From: Mytilus trossulus
Taxonomy: Eukaryota
Assembly (NCBI RefSeq): GCF_036588685.1
Contig: NC_086376.1
Coordinates: 75,495,630 to 75,559,629, forward strand
DNA: 64,000 bases
Reading direction: 5' to 3'
Within the stretch, counting starts at the first letter, position 1; the number at the start of each line of letters is the position of its first letter. The position numbers and the translations under genes were made by a program. The notes below the pieces were generated by a model. The model had not been told where the DNA came from. It was given only the letters and a program-made list of their open reading frames with translations, and ran no database searches. Shown here in pieces: positions 26,060 to 38,954 of this stretch.

Positions 26060-26809
26060 GAGGTCGGTCATTTACAAACGTATCAACCGTATCGTATACG
26101 TTGACGTATCCGCATCTGCAGATACATAAACAAATATTATGTGATCCCGAGCTTATTAATTAGACCATACCTCATTTAAAAAACCTAATTAGAATCTCTT
26201 CGAAACAATCAAACATACTTTCAATATTTGTGATAGCGGTGTTTTGAAATTTTTTAAAATAAGGTGTTTTATCAACTACTTTTACATGCCCTTAAAAAGG
26301 AGCCAATGTAGGGCAGGTACATGAATATCGTACGCAATCCTTTAACATTCTAGTTAAAAAATATTTCATGATCTAATATAAATAAACACAAAAAAAAATA
26401 TTAAATGTATCTACTTATATATATGTATGGAACTTTGAATATTGTTCATTTGCGATTTATCATAAAAGGTAATAGAAAGTACTGAGTATCACTCTATTTG
26501 TCAAATATCAATTTGGTGTTCTACGTGAGCACAAGTTCATACACAAACAAACGATTTTACCGTATTTACTCCTATCATGCCTGTTAACTGTTCCAACTAT
26601 CCGGAATATATATTATCTTTAAAAGTAGGGTTAAATATTCAACAAAAACTCGACATTGCCTTATTGTTTTGTAAATTTCTGCCCATTTTCATTATTGAAA
26701 GTACATAAAATTAAAGCTCGGGATCATATACTGTTTTTTTGGTATATCTGCAGATGCGGATACGTCAACGTATATGATAAGGTTGATACGTCTCTAAATG
26801 ACCGACCTC
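26060..26809. mobile_element. 750-bp MITE with ~95-bp TIRs, flanked by TA
   Basis: TA|gaggtcggtcattta...tacgttgacgtatccgcatctgcagata...gatcccgagctt at the left end, with the inverse at 26714-26809 followed by TA. Confidence 0.88.
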
Positions 26810-28109
26810 TACTAAAATACAAGGCTATACAGTAAAAGTACATGATGATATGTGTTTTTACTAAAAAATTATCGCATTTGAAGTTTTTATGTATACAGAA
26901 TCAAGATAGTCTTTTAGCATATTTATAAAGTAAATAATTCATTAGCATGCTTTGTATTCAGATGCATGTTGTGTGTTCTGTTTTTCTACTTAAGTTCTAC
27001 TGTCAATAATGAAAATACATTTGACGCTTTTCATGAAAGGCTGAAATTTGAGATTCAAAGACATAAGAATATCCTTAACATTAATGATCTTGTAATTTTC
27101 AGCTTCATTAAGTCTATCGTCACTAGCTATTCTTGTAAAAAAGAAACATTCTAAACGAGAATTATTACCCTTCAAAGAGATATTTGTTTGTTATTCACCT
27201 CTGTGAAACCCTTCAAATCGTTACTATACGTCATCATTACAATGATAGAACCGAGAAAATATCTTTAATTAGAACGTTCAAAACCAAATATACCACTATT
27301 GACGTAATCAAGTGAAAAATTTAATATAGCCAGAACTTTGTTTGCTTTCTTAAGAATTCCGCTTTAAGTATAAAAGACCTTTTGTAATACCGATGATTGC
27401 TTTGTCGAATCTTCTTGTTCTTAAGACTTGAAATTCATTATTTAATGCTGTCGATTGCATACAGTGGGTGTAATTGTGATACCAAGGACATTTTATCGTT
27501 TTATGTGAAAATGCAGCAGGAAGCTTAGACCCCTGCTTTTGAAAATCAGTAGAAATTGATGATAATAATTATATCACATAAATACTTCATTCATCTTCAT
27601 TGCCAGACAGATTTAACGTGGTTATTTCAAGTTATCAATAAAACGCAGCATCAATGATTGTACGTGTAATTCAACAAAACTTTCAAACAATTCATAAGAG
27701 TGCAGATATATACATTGTATATATAAAAAAAAATAAAAAATTAAGAATTGGTTCAACATTAATTTTTATTATAAAAAAAGAATCAATTAACTTCCACTCG
27801 CAAGAAATTGTGATTCACATAGATCTCTTAAAACAAAAACAAAATGTAGTTTATGTACAAATGTACATGTACTACGCATTGCTATTGCAGCAGTGATAGA
27901 AATGAGTACTTTTAAGCACAGGAAACTTAAAAAAAAATTCAACAATGTTGTGCTCATTTTCACCAGAGTTTAGCGGTTTAAAGTGGTATACAAACTTTAT
28001 CTTGCGTGATTAATGCCTGACCACCTATTTGATACGAGCTTGAACGCTGCATCGTCGCGAGCTGAATTCGAATTCAATTTATATCGACAAAGAGTGTAAG
28101 ATTTCCTGT

Positions 28110-28225
28110 TGGAGGTCCATGCGATTTTCTCGCTTGTGTTGAAGACCCATTGGTGGCCTTCGGCTGTTTTCCGCTCTTTGGTGGTGTCTCTTTGAAACAT
28201 TCCCGATGTCCATTCTTAATTTTAT
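28110..28225 (+). mobile_element. PLE family A 3'-tail fragment
   Basis: ttctcgc..gtgttgaagacccattggtggccttcggctgtt...tgtctctttg...cattcc...ccattctt matches 35585-35690. A more degenerate copy lies at about 33320-33420. Confidence 0.7.
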
Positions 28226-30369
28226 TTGGATAAGTTCATGTATTTGTATAAAAACAGAAATCTGCATTCATATTTGAAAAGAAGATAATGATTATCTAAA
28301 TGTACGCACTTTTTCTCAGTAAAACATTTTGTAAATGACCAACATATGGCCATTGCCCTTGTTCTCACAATACAACATTTATTAAGTAATCTAGATTAGA
28401 ATATCAATGGAAATGACATTATGATAGAATTATTCAAAACGGGTTATTACGACAATTTTTAAACCAAAATTCCATTTATTGACGTCGAAATATTTCTGTT
28501 AGCTAATACAGATGTATATATCATGATTAATTAGAGGATAATATTTGGAATGCAATTTTAAACAGATTTTCAAACATTTCGTTTATAGGGATAAAAATAA
28601 ATTTAAAAGCCTAATGCGAAGTTTGGCGTTTAGTATTAATCATTGCTGATAAATGAAAAAATCTAAACAGCATCTACACAAATACAATTTTATTGAAAGC
28701 TTTTACTACAGAATTAATAATTGTATTTATAATCTCATCTTCAAATGAAATAAAAAATAAATTATCAAACTGCGTTATATCAATGGTAAACAGAAAATTT
28801 CATTTTTACAGCCTTGAAAAACGCCTCCACACTGAGATTCCTGAATTACAAGGTGTCAAATACACTAAATGTGTGATTTGTTATTATGATTACTTTTGAT
28901 GTATCGTTGATATAGTTAAAAAGAAAAAAGCATAACGCATGTGCTTTTAAGTGCATTTCCCGTTATGTATTTATATATATAAAAAGAGAAAACAAACAAC
29001 ACAATACAACATACAAATAAAAAAATAAAAAAACATCAACATAAGTCACCACAAAGATAACTATGCTATTCGTAGAAAGGAGCATTCTTGGAGATTTTAT
29101 AAGTGTATCAATACGGTATTCAGCTTACTTAATTTCTAAGTAAGAGTAAAGCTCCTTAGTTCATATGGGGTCCTCTCATCGTGCAAACGATAACACATTT
29201 GCAGCCAGGGTAAGTAATTTGTTTAAAAAAAAAAAAAAAAAAAATTACTGAACATAGCTGTAAATTTGATAGATTTTTTTTTACAATACCTACTGTATAG
29301 TTTATTGTGTGTGTGGTAGTAATGACTTGCACATTCTAAAATTTTTTAATAAGACACATAAGTCCTGCAAAATTGGTTGTCCATAACCGGTAAATGTAAT
29401 TCTTAAAGTTATTATATTTATTTCTTCTAGTCACTAAAAACAAAGATATTGTACGTATGTTTGTTCTTAGTATATAGACAGGTGTCATAAAAGATTTTGC
29501 CTTGAAAAAAAAGTAGGGGAATATTTTGTGGAAAACATAAAGAAAGTCAAGCGGAATTACTATAAACACGTCTGTTTAATTGCCTTAAATCCCATGACAC
29601 TGTTCATCTTGTAGTTAAGGTAAACGATGATATTAAGATGGATTCAGATTACTTTACCGAGAACAAATAGTTTTCACATAAATAACATTAATAAACAACA
29701 GTTCAAAACTAGTAAGATCAATTACAATAACCAGCTTATAAATTCAATATAGAACGATCAGATCAATCTATTGGAGTTTACTTATATAGTATAAGCTTGT
29801 GTTAAAAGAATATACTGAGTCTCGTGCGTTTGTTTGGAATGAAATTGACTGAATCCTTTTATATTCACATGCATTTCGATTCTAGTCAACTGGCGTTTGG
29901 GATGAGACAACATCTAAGTTGTTTCATAATCACAAATTCCAAAATGCAAATGCGACGATGTTACAGTTGGTTCAATTTTAAATGAACAAGCTGAAATATA
30001 TAATAACACAACACAATATGAGTACTCTTTCTTTAATAATCCCAAAATAGTCTCGAACAAATAACAACTCTTGAACGAGACCAATCAAGCTAACGCTATT
30101 CCTTTTAAATAATTCTTCAGGACCTTAGAGTTATTTGACTGATGATAGCCGGCATTCACTTTGATTGCAGCTGAAAACATAGGTTCTTTGACATGAGCAA
30201 AACACTTTTACCTGTGAAACACTGAGCATAAATTTTCTTAATACGCACTATACATTTTACGTTCTCTTACATGCTGAATGTTTCAGCCATGTATTCGTAC
30301 TCATCGTAGCGTAAACACTGGTCTACATCTGACTTAGAAGGCACGAATCCACAAGGCCTTTTTATATCC

Positions 30370-30965
30370 TTTTTTGTGTCTGAGCATCTCTGATGAGTCT
30401 TAAGTAGATACAACGCGCGTTTGGCGTATTGAATTATAAGCCTGTTACCGTTGATAATTATTTACAACACAGGGGCGATTCCACTGTTAGTGGACGTTTC
30501 GTTCTAAAGGGTATCATCATCCCACTAGTCAGCACTTCGGGGTTGACATGACTATCAGCTATATGGTTATTTTTATAAATTATCTGTTAGCAAAAGTATG
30601 TATTATTCGAAATAGTAAGGATTTTCTTATCCAGGCATATATTATCTTAGCCGTATTTGGCTCACTTTTGAATTTGTTTTGTCCTCAATATTCTTCAACT
30701 TAATACTTGTTTGGCTTTCTAACAATTTTGATCTGAGTGTCATAGATGAGTTATGTAGATGACACGTGGGTCTGGCGTATTTAATTATAAACCTGTACAT
30801 TTGATTACTATATACACCACTGGGTCTACGCCACTGCTGGTGGACGTTTCGTCTCCGAGGATATCAACAGTTCAGCAGTCAGCGCTTCGGTGTTGACATA
30901 CTATATATCAATAGCAGTGTTATTTTTATATGAACTGTTTTCTAAAGTATGAATTATTCGAAATG
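30370..30965 (+). mobile_element. Retrozyme head-to-tail ~1.7-mer (350-nt period) with two decayed hammerheads
   Basis: gacgtttc occurs at 30493 and 30843. HHR relics at 30383-30428 (CTGATGA kept, GAAA lost) and at about 30735-30780. Confidence 0.85.
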
Positions 30966-33819
30966 CGAATTTTTTTTTTTATGAAATTAATCATTGAAAT
31001 TCGGTCAGAATTTACATGTCTACGTTACTAAGTATTATAAATTATGTGTCCAATGAGTAGGCCAGCTTCCTGGAATAAATTCCGTTTAGCTGCAATAAGT
31101 GTATTATTCTCACCTTGGCATAGAAATGCATATTTTCATACGTAAAGCAGGTATCTGTGCAATGTAAGATACACATTAACTGTTTCCACATTCGTAAAAT
31201 AGACACGAAAACAATGTTAATTACACATAGCAACTTTATATTGTAAAACATTTGCAATTAGTGTGAGGTGTGAAACACGCAAAGCTCACTACATTACTTT
31301 TGTTCATGTGATTTATCAGTATCAACAGGAAAATAGCATGCTTTGTACTTATTTATACCATTTGAAAAGATATAAGTAGCGAATATGAAATTCACGATGG
31401 ATGATACGTACATTCCATGCATTTAAAGTGATCCTAACTCTTCTTACACATGCTAGTAAGACATTGGTTTGTCTTACCAATTAAAGTTTTATTTATATTT
31501 CATTTTTTTATTTGTTACATTTGCACACTGCAAGACATTCCCAAATGTAAATTATTTCTAAAATGAAAGAATCGTTAAAACAAAATATGAGAACAATTTA
31601 AACTAACTTATTATAAAGGAACTTGATTTGCGGATGTTTTGAATTTTAAAATTATCGACAACCTAATGATTAGACATTACCAAAATTGCTTTCATGTAGC
31701 AGCTAGCCATACACAAACGACAAAGAACATTTCTTAGGGCATCGATGTATTTTTAGTGATGTTGCCCTTTAAGTTAACTATCATCCAATACTTATACATG
31801 CACATTGTGTGGTTCATTTTGTTCTGAGTTCATGATATTTCTAATCCGAATTTTTAAAACCAAAACCTTAACCGATCTTCAAGAATGAGCCAACGAATGT
31901 CTCATGTTTTGTAAATGGTTTCGTAAATCGAGTTCATGTTATCTGTATTTCTTTATGTATGATAATGCATATTCCATGTACTCAACATGCAGTCATTGAA
32001 GAAGTTGAAGCTTGAAAAAATATCGTTAATCTTGCAGCAGCAATCAAATAAAAAAAATAAAAACATCTTTTCAATCTATATCAATAAGTTATATTATATA
32101 GTAAATTGTTTGGAATAAAGATAAAATACAAATAGAAAATGAAAAATTTCTTTGTACAAAAATAAAGAGATTTTGTGTGATTGCAAGTGAGACAACAACG
32201 AACAAAGATATGAACAGTTACAGTAATTTTTATCAACCATAAGTTAAGCCAATGTCAAAAATTAATAGGTTCGATTTGAAAAAATATGAATCTATCAACA
32301 AAAGAAAATAGATGATCTTAATTCAACTGCAAAATGTCACGAAATACAAATATGGCAGAGAGTAAAAAACAATCATAACAACCGGACAATAATTTGCTTG
32401 CTTTATAGGTTAATAGTTTCACGTGTATCAATCCTTCACTGTTTTATCTTTCTTCTCAAACCCATGTGACACATTTGAATACAAAAAAAAACATGTGTTT
32501 GCCTGTATATGCATATCGTCATTTCGTCAATATATCTTTTATTGAAGCCCGTTTATCTTCTTTAAAATTTTATGGGTCTAGAATTATGACATTCCTCGAT
32601 AGAATATAGTGTATTTCTACGTATAATGTAACACTTAACTCATTTAAGACATTTATAGACAATTTTCCTTTCTACTCATTGATTAACTAAATGTTGGAAA
32701 ACCTGCAGGCAAAATCGACCTTCAACACTTATTTTGTTTCTTTTTTGTTTATATATACTGAGGCTTAGATTGTCTTTTCTTTGCTTTATAGCCCGTTGTT
32801 TGACAGAGGAAGGTTATTCTTACAGTACTAGTTCTGACATTGAAAAAACGATATTTTTATATACTTCAAAACGAATGTTAGTAGACATTTTTTTATTTTT
32901 TTGTAGAATGTAAGTCATTGTTTTCATAATACACAAAAATGTACTTCTGCAAAATTAAATGAGTTCTAATTTCCAAACCCCTTAAAATGTTTGTGTATTC
33001 AAATTATTAATTTTGGGTTCTTTACTTTAATTGATACAAGCATGTTGCAAACAACAAAAGATAGCAGGTATTACCGAATATTGAATGGTTCACAATCACC
33101 CCACAGCAACATTCAACTCCTCATGAAAAAAAAACGTGTAAATTTGTTTGCTGGTGTAAAACACAATGCAATAATATAACACTCTTTAAACTTTTCATTA
33201 CCAACATGACCCATAGCGCTATTGGATTAACAACCCTTCCAAAGTAAACGAGCTCATTCGTGGTTTTGTTGAAATAGTATATAATTTCATTATTGTTTAA
33301 GGGTAATTTAAATCCCGCCTCTGTGTGCAGAATTTCTCGCTGTGTTGAAAGCCCGGGCGGACTTTGATTGTTTTTGGTCGAATTGTTGCCTCTTTGGCAA
33401 CTATTTCTGTTCCATTCTCGTGTCCTTTAATGTTGGAGATCTTGCCGCTGCATTATAAGTTTTCTGCTTAGAACATTGTCAACTGCTGTCCATTATTTCG
33501 ATGACTTATTTACTCAATTTATATTTGATATTGAAAGTTTCCTAATATGTACATATCTGTTTGTATACTTCCAAACTGTATGTTTTTGTATAATGAAACT
33601 TTAAAACTTAAAAAAAAAACAATTTCACAAGTTCCGATGTATATTTTGAATAAGATGGAGTTTATTAAGCTATGTTTACAACTGTTTCGGTGAATTACAG
33701 TATAGTGTAGAACACATTCTTTTTGAAATCCATAAACTTTATTTACGCATGAAAAGTGTGATTGAACATTGAAACGTAATTGTGTTAACTGCTGCACTCT
33801 CATTTTTGACATTATTACT

Positions 33820-34085
33820 TTTTGTGTCTGTTTGTTTTGTTCACACATCATTGTTAATAAAAAGGTATATACTACGACTGTCATACAAGTGAGAGACTTA
33901 GCTAGCTTTGAAACCAGGTTTTATTGATCGTTTTCTTCATGATAGAATGCCTGTACCAAGTCAGCAATATGCCAGTTGTTATCCATTCGTTTGATGTGTT
34001 TGACATTTTGATTTTTGACAATTGATAAGGGATTTTCCTTTTTGAATTGTTTTCGGAGTTCATTATTTTTTTGTGATTTTTAGGT
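33820..34085 (+). mobile_element. SINE-like family D
   Basis: gtcatacaagtgaga..ttagctagct..aaaccagg...tgcctgtaccaagtcag...tccattcgtttgatgtgtttg; homologous to 46610-46865 and 48770-49105. Confidence 0.8.
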
Positions 34086-34949
34086 TTTGATACTCTCGTC
34101 ATACTTGTTTATTTGTTTAGCGATACTATTAAGTATTATGCATTATTTGATTTAATTTCAGCACGTCTACTGATTAGTTTTCTAAAAATATATCATATTC
34201 ATTTTTGATAAATTCTGTTAACAACTTATATTTGTCAGATCTTGCACGAATCTTTCAAAAATCTCATAACAGGTGTGAACAATTTTACTTTTTTTTACTA
34301 ATTTGATCGATGCATTACGTAATTTGAAATGTTTGAAACATGTACTTTAGAGGGACATTAGCTGTCAAATTCGTGCTCATCGATTTGATTCAAATTATCA
34401 TATTTGATTTATAACATATATATATATTTTCACCTTAATTAGAAAACATCTTCAAGAAACAACCAACAATACATGGACTCTTTTAACGGGGCATTAAATT
34501 TTCGCGCATTGCTAGTGCATTTGCGAGTAAAATTCACTGATGATAATTATATGCATTTTAATCAAAAGCTGTGCGCAAACATAAAATAAATTGTAATCAC
34601 CAAATGCGCATAACGTAATGCGCTCTGAATTAAAGTATCAGCTTTCCAGACAAGACGTCATATTAAAAATCACCGAGATGACCTCTGAGGAATGCATTTG
34701 TTGTATGACCCGATATTAACATAAATGTAAAGCCAATATAATACAAATCTAAAGATAAGAACTTGCAATTTCTTTTTATTTATGTGATAGATTGAAAAAT
34801 ATGTAAAGCACTCTTTTGACCTGTATAAGAATGATTTTTTGTTGGTTTTCATGGTGATTCCCTTGATAAACTTTTCAAATCATGAATCGTTTCTTTTTCA
34901 TATCTGAATATTCACATGTGCAAACCTTATTCAGTTGAAGGTTTAATTG

Positions 34950-36575
34950 AAGATCGTGCAATAGAATTTAAACAGTTTACTTTTCTACACTTTACACAAG
35001 TATTCCTCATTCCAAACTAAAAGACAAGTTCAAAGAGTTGGTATTGCTTTGTTTCATAAAAAGTATCTTGTTTTAGGGATGGGTACATCCTACTTTGTAA
35101 AGGATCACTCTGATTCAGGCAAAAACCTCTCTGAATCTGACATTATCTAGATGCTTCTTGTTTTCTTGATTAAAAACATATTTTTTAGTTTAATTGAAGT
35201 CTGGAGCTGGCATGTCAGTTAACTGCTAGTAGTCTGTTTTTATTATTTATGTATTATTGTCATTTTGTTTATTTTCTTTGGTTACATCTTCTGACATCAG
35301 ACTCGGACTTCTCTTGAACTGAATTTTGATGTGCGTATTGTTATGCGTTTACTTTTCTACATTGGTTAGAGGTATAGGGGGAGGGTTGAGATCTTACAAA
35401 CTTGTTTAACCCGCCGCATTTTTGCGCCTGTCCCAAGTCAGGATCATCTGGCCTTTGTTAGTCTGGTATTATATTAATTTTAGTTTCTTGTGTACAATTT
35501 GGAAATTAGTATGGCGTTCATTATCACTGAACTAGTATATATTTGTTTAGGGGCCAGATGAGGGACGCCTCCGGGTGCGGGAATTTCTCGCTGCATTGAA
35601 GACCTGTTGGTGACCTTCTGCTGTTGTTTTTTTTTTATTTGGGTAGGTTGTTGTCTCTTTGACACATTCCCCATTTCCATTCTCACTTTTATTGTAACAT
35701 TTGGAGGACGTGTTTTTCAACAGACTGTCGGCATTCCAATTGGAACAAAGTGTGTCCCTCTACTTGCCAACTTGTTTATTCATTACTGTGAGACTGACTT
35801 CATACAGAAACGTCTTAGAAAGAAAGATAAGAAGTTAGCAATATCCTTTAACTTTATTTTACACTATATAGATGATGCTCTCTAATAATTCAAAAGTCGG
35901 TGACTATGTTGTATGCATATATTCTATCGAACTAGAGATACGACAGATACAATTTAGTCGGCCTCATATTTTGACTTACATCTAGAAATTGACAATTAGG
36001 GTGTGTTGAAAACAAAACTTTACGAAAAAAGAGACGATTTCAGCTTTCCAATTGTGAACTTTCAATTTCTAAGAAGCAACATTCCATCAGCACCTGCTTA
36101 CGGCGCAAATGTCTCCCAATTGATACGACATTCCCGATCACAGAAGGTTGCTGCTTACAAGAAGGCTATTTAACAAAGAGATCCAAATGGTGAAGTTGAA
36201 ATCATCACTTAGTAAATTTTACGGACGCCATCACGAGTTGGTTGACCGTTATGGAATAACCATTTCACAGACGCTATAAGATATGTTCCTTACGTCGTAA
36301 CCACAATCCCCTTCCCTCTCATGAATTTGACTTACCGAATTATACTTTTCACCGGATTTGTTATAACATGAGCAACACGAGGGGTGCCAATTGTGGAGCA
36401 GGATCTGCTTCCCCTTCCAGAGCACTTGAGATCTCCACTAGTTTTTTGGGGGGTTCGTGTTGCTTATTCTTTAGTTTTAAATGTTGTGTCATGTGTACAA
36501 TTGTTTGACTGTTTTTATTTTTCATTTTTAGCCATGGCGTTGTCAGTTTATATTCGATTTATGAGTTTGACTCCT
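34950..36575 (+). mobile_element. Degenerate Penelope-like element family B (RT core to 3' UTR), interrupted by a PLE-A insertion
   Basis: FSTLYTSIPHSKLK...YLVLG..YFVK...FLIKNIF | VTFGGRVFQQTVGIPIGTKCVPLLANLF...YIDD...FPIVNF.FL.SNIPSAPAYG..VSQLIR...KFYGRHHELVDRYG, with frameshifts and stops. Confidence 0.9.
35186..35692 (+). mobile_element. 5'-truncated PLE family A 3' UTR nested in the PLE-B RT
   Basis: Near-identical reverse complement of 5360-5842. Confidence 0.88.
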
Positions 36576-37618
36576 TCTTAGTCTAATTTTAATTATCATT
36601 TCGAAAACTTACAAATGAGGTCATTAGGATTGAAACACCCTTGTCAAAGCTTCAGGAAATATATGACACCATGATTCAAGGATAGAGGAAATACTAGAAC
36701 GCTGGTAAGTGCCGATCAGAAACAATTGGTAGAAATCAATCGAAAACTGTTAAATTGAAACATCAATGCCAAATTTCAACTTCATCAGTAATACATATTT
36801 CACACATTAATAGATATGTGATTTATGAAGATATTTTTCTTCGATTTTTTATTTGTATTTGGATGGTAATACTTTTTAAAAATGTATGGTAGTTTGCTGT
36901 ATACATCACGCGGTGCGTTTTACTGCCAAATGAGGTTGACAAAACCACTCATATAGTTCACCACATTTTAAACAATTCAATTTTATTTACAAATGGTATA
37001 AACAAAAGTCATCTGTTGTTTTCACTTTTAAATTTCATGATAGTTTTTTTTCGATGATGTGGTAAGCACAATAATATTAATGATTCCAGTTTTAATACTA
37101 AACAATGTTGGACTGGAACAATTTACTTGTGCTTGTTTATATTAGTATGCATGGTTGATATAGAAAATAAAACAAGCATCTCTAGTTCGTCCTTCATTAT
37201 ATCAATAATCATCACCTCTAAGTTACCAAAGGTATCATCAGCACAGGAATCAGTACAGGATTTATAACCAACCTTTCTATTTATGATTGTCTTTTAAAAA
37301 ACATTGATATTATGTAGAAACTAAGGTTTCCACTCCCTCAGGTTAACCATAAATGTATTTGGCTAAAAATAGGTCCACATTGACGGAAAGGTTTTTAAAC
37401 TGTTTGGGTTCTTTAAAATAATTCTTTGTTTTTATTTGTCTTTGAGCGTTCATCATGAAGATATAATAGAAAAGCGCCTCAAACTCATGACTATATAACG
37501 TTTTATTTTAATCATTAACAGTACAAATTCGATACCTCTGCTGAAGGACTATCAGGGGTACCAAAACCTCAGTGGTCAGTACTTCGTTACTGACATAATT
37601 TAAAACAAAACTTGTTAA

Positions 37619-37756
37619 TAGTTATCAAAGGTATCATGATTATAATTTAGTACGCCAGACGCGCGTTTCGTCTACATAAGACTCATCAGTGACGCTCATA
37701 TCAAAATATTTATAAAACCAAATAAGTACAAAGTTGAAGAGCATTGAAAATCCAAA
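37619..37756 (-). mobile_element. Young 138-bp retrozyme fragment inserted antisense into the older retrozyme
   Basis: Flanked by a ttgttaa direct repeat (37612-37618 and 37757-37763); matches 10971-11105. Confidence 0.8.
37652..37695 (-). ncRNA. Intact type I hammerhead ribozyme
   Basis: GCGUCA-CUGAUGA-GUCU uaugu AGAC-GAA-AC gcgc GU-C^UGGCGU. Full core, 4-bp stem II, 2-bp stem III with a palindromic GCGC loop, 6-bp stem I and a GUC triplet (predicted cut between 37658 and 37657). Confidence 0.9.
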
Positions 37757-38954
37757 TTGTTAAAATGTACGTTGATAAATTTAAAAGACTAAGAAAACTG
37801 TAGTTTCAGCTCCCTTGGACAAAGCATACCGTTGATGGAGTTAGTTTTGTAGGTCCAATTTGGCCCTAACATTCAACTGTTCAGGTTCTCACACATCCTT
37901 GACTTTTAATTATCTAGCTGTTAGCGTATCGAATTATTCATGATTAAAATTCAAAATGGTTCTGATGAAGATAAATCCAGTAAAAGCGGTTCAAATGCAT
38001 GGAATTTTGAACGTGTTTTGTTGAATGCTTATTATTATAGTCAACAGCAGATAAGACATTATTCCATATCAAATTGATATATTAAGATGTTTACATATTG
38101 TCGTCTGATTTGGGAAATTTAATCATATATAATCATGTCATGTTCTGATTTTTTATAAAAAGTACCACGAATCTTTGAATTGACAGGTACATTTTTGTAT
38201 GTATTGCGTTCCTTTTCGCTCGTTGTCGCTTATTATTATCATGTATTGAGAAAGTAAACGATTTAAAATATTAAATTGCACGATTAAGGGATAACATGAA
38301 ATAAAAATATATTCAGCCCAAAAATAAAAAGTGTTTTCTTCCGCTTCCAATGCAGGAAAATAATCATTTGAATAGGAAAATCTACTCGAAATATTTTGGA
38401 ATCTGGCGTGACAAGGTCTCATGAAGTTCTCAATATCATATAACATTGGCAGACAGGGTGATGCTCATACATCAGTATTCTCACACAGAGAAATAATACA
38501 ATATCTTGTATAAGAAAATAATTAACTGAAACAGCAAATGCAAAAAGGCGTATAATTAAGAATGAAAATAGTAAGTCTCATTACCATTGAGTAGGGTTGA
38601 TATTTAATGTTCAGTTTTGAATCTCTAGTGTTGATTCTCTTATCAACTTTGTAGAAAAGTGTTATCCAACATGATATACACCTCTGTTTATAAATATATA
38701 TCATGGTATATGTTATGTTTTAATTGGGAATGTGATAAACGGGTGATTCAAAAACTGATGTGACTTTGATAGACCACTTCGAACACCTGTGTGATATTAT
38801 TGTCTAGAAAAAATATCTTTTCGAGGCGAGATTTCTTCAAGCCATAAAACAGGTAAGATGCTTTTTTTTTCTTCGATCAAAATTATTACACTAAGAATAT
38901 ATGAGTTACATAAAACTTACAAACCTTAAATACTTAAGTATTTTATTCTTCTGG

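Larger units (their letters stand above)
37225..38030 (+). mobile_element. Old retrozyme multimer with a second HHR variant (CUGAUGA-aggtaaatcca-GAAAA-gcgc-uuc type), decayed
   Basis: HHR relics at about 37445-37485 and 37960-37995. Shares the body motif ggtatcatcagc...gtcagtacTTCG.tactgac with the other retrozymes. Confidence 0.6.

Noticed and set aside
29160-29209. Isolated plus-strand exon-like segments (also 2778-2880, 38808-38852, 56785-56842)
   Set aside because: Splice-like signals are expected by chance in 64 kb of AT-rich DNA; they form no coherent protein and 2778-2880 is closed in all frames.
30271-30358. Minus-strand frame VPSKSDVDQCLRYDEYE resembling a tyrosinase segment, with DPIVFL at 25.6 kb
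   Set aside because: No copper-binding histidine motifs were found; the similarity is too short.
38153-38446. 97-aa minus-strand ORF; similarly 33519-33884 and 61499-61813
   Set aside because: Composition is typical of AT-rich non-coding DNA or the ORF overlaps repeats; no motifs.
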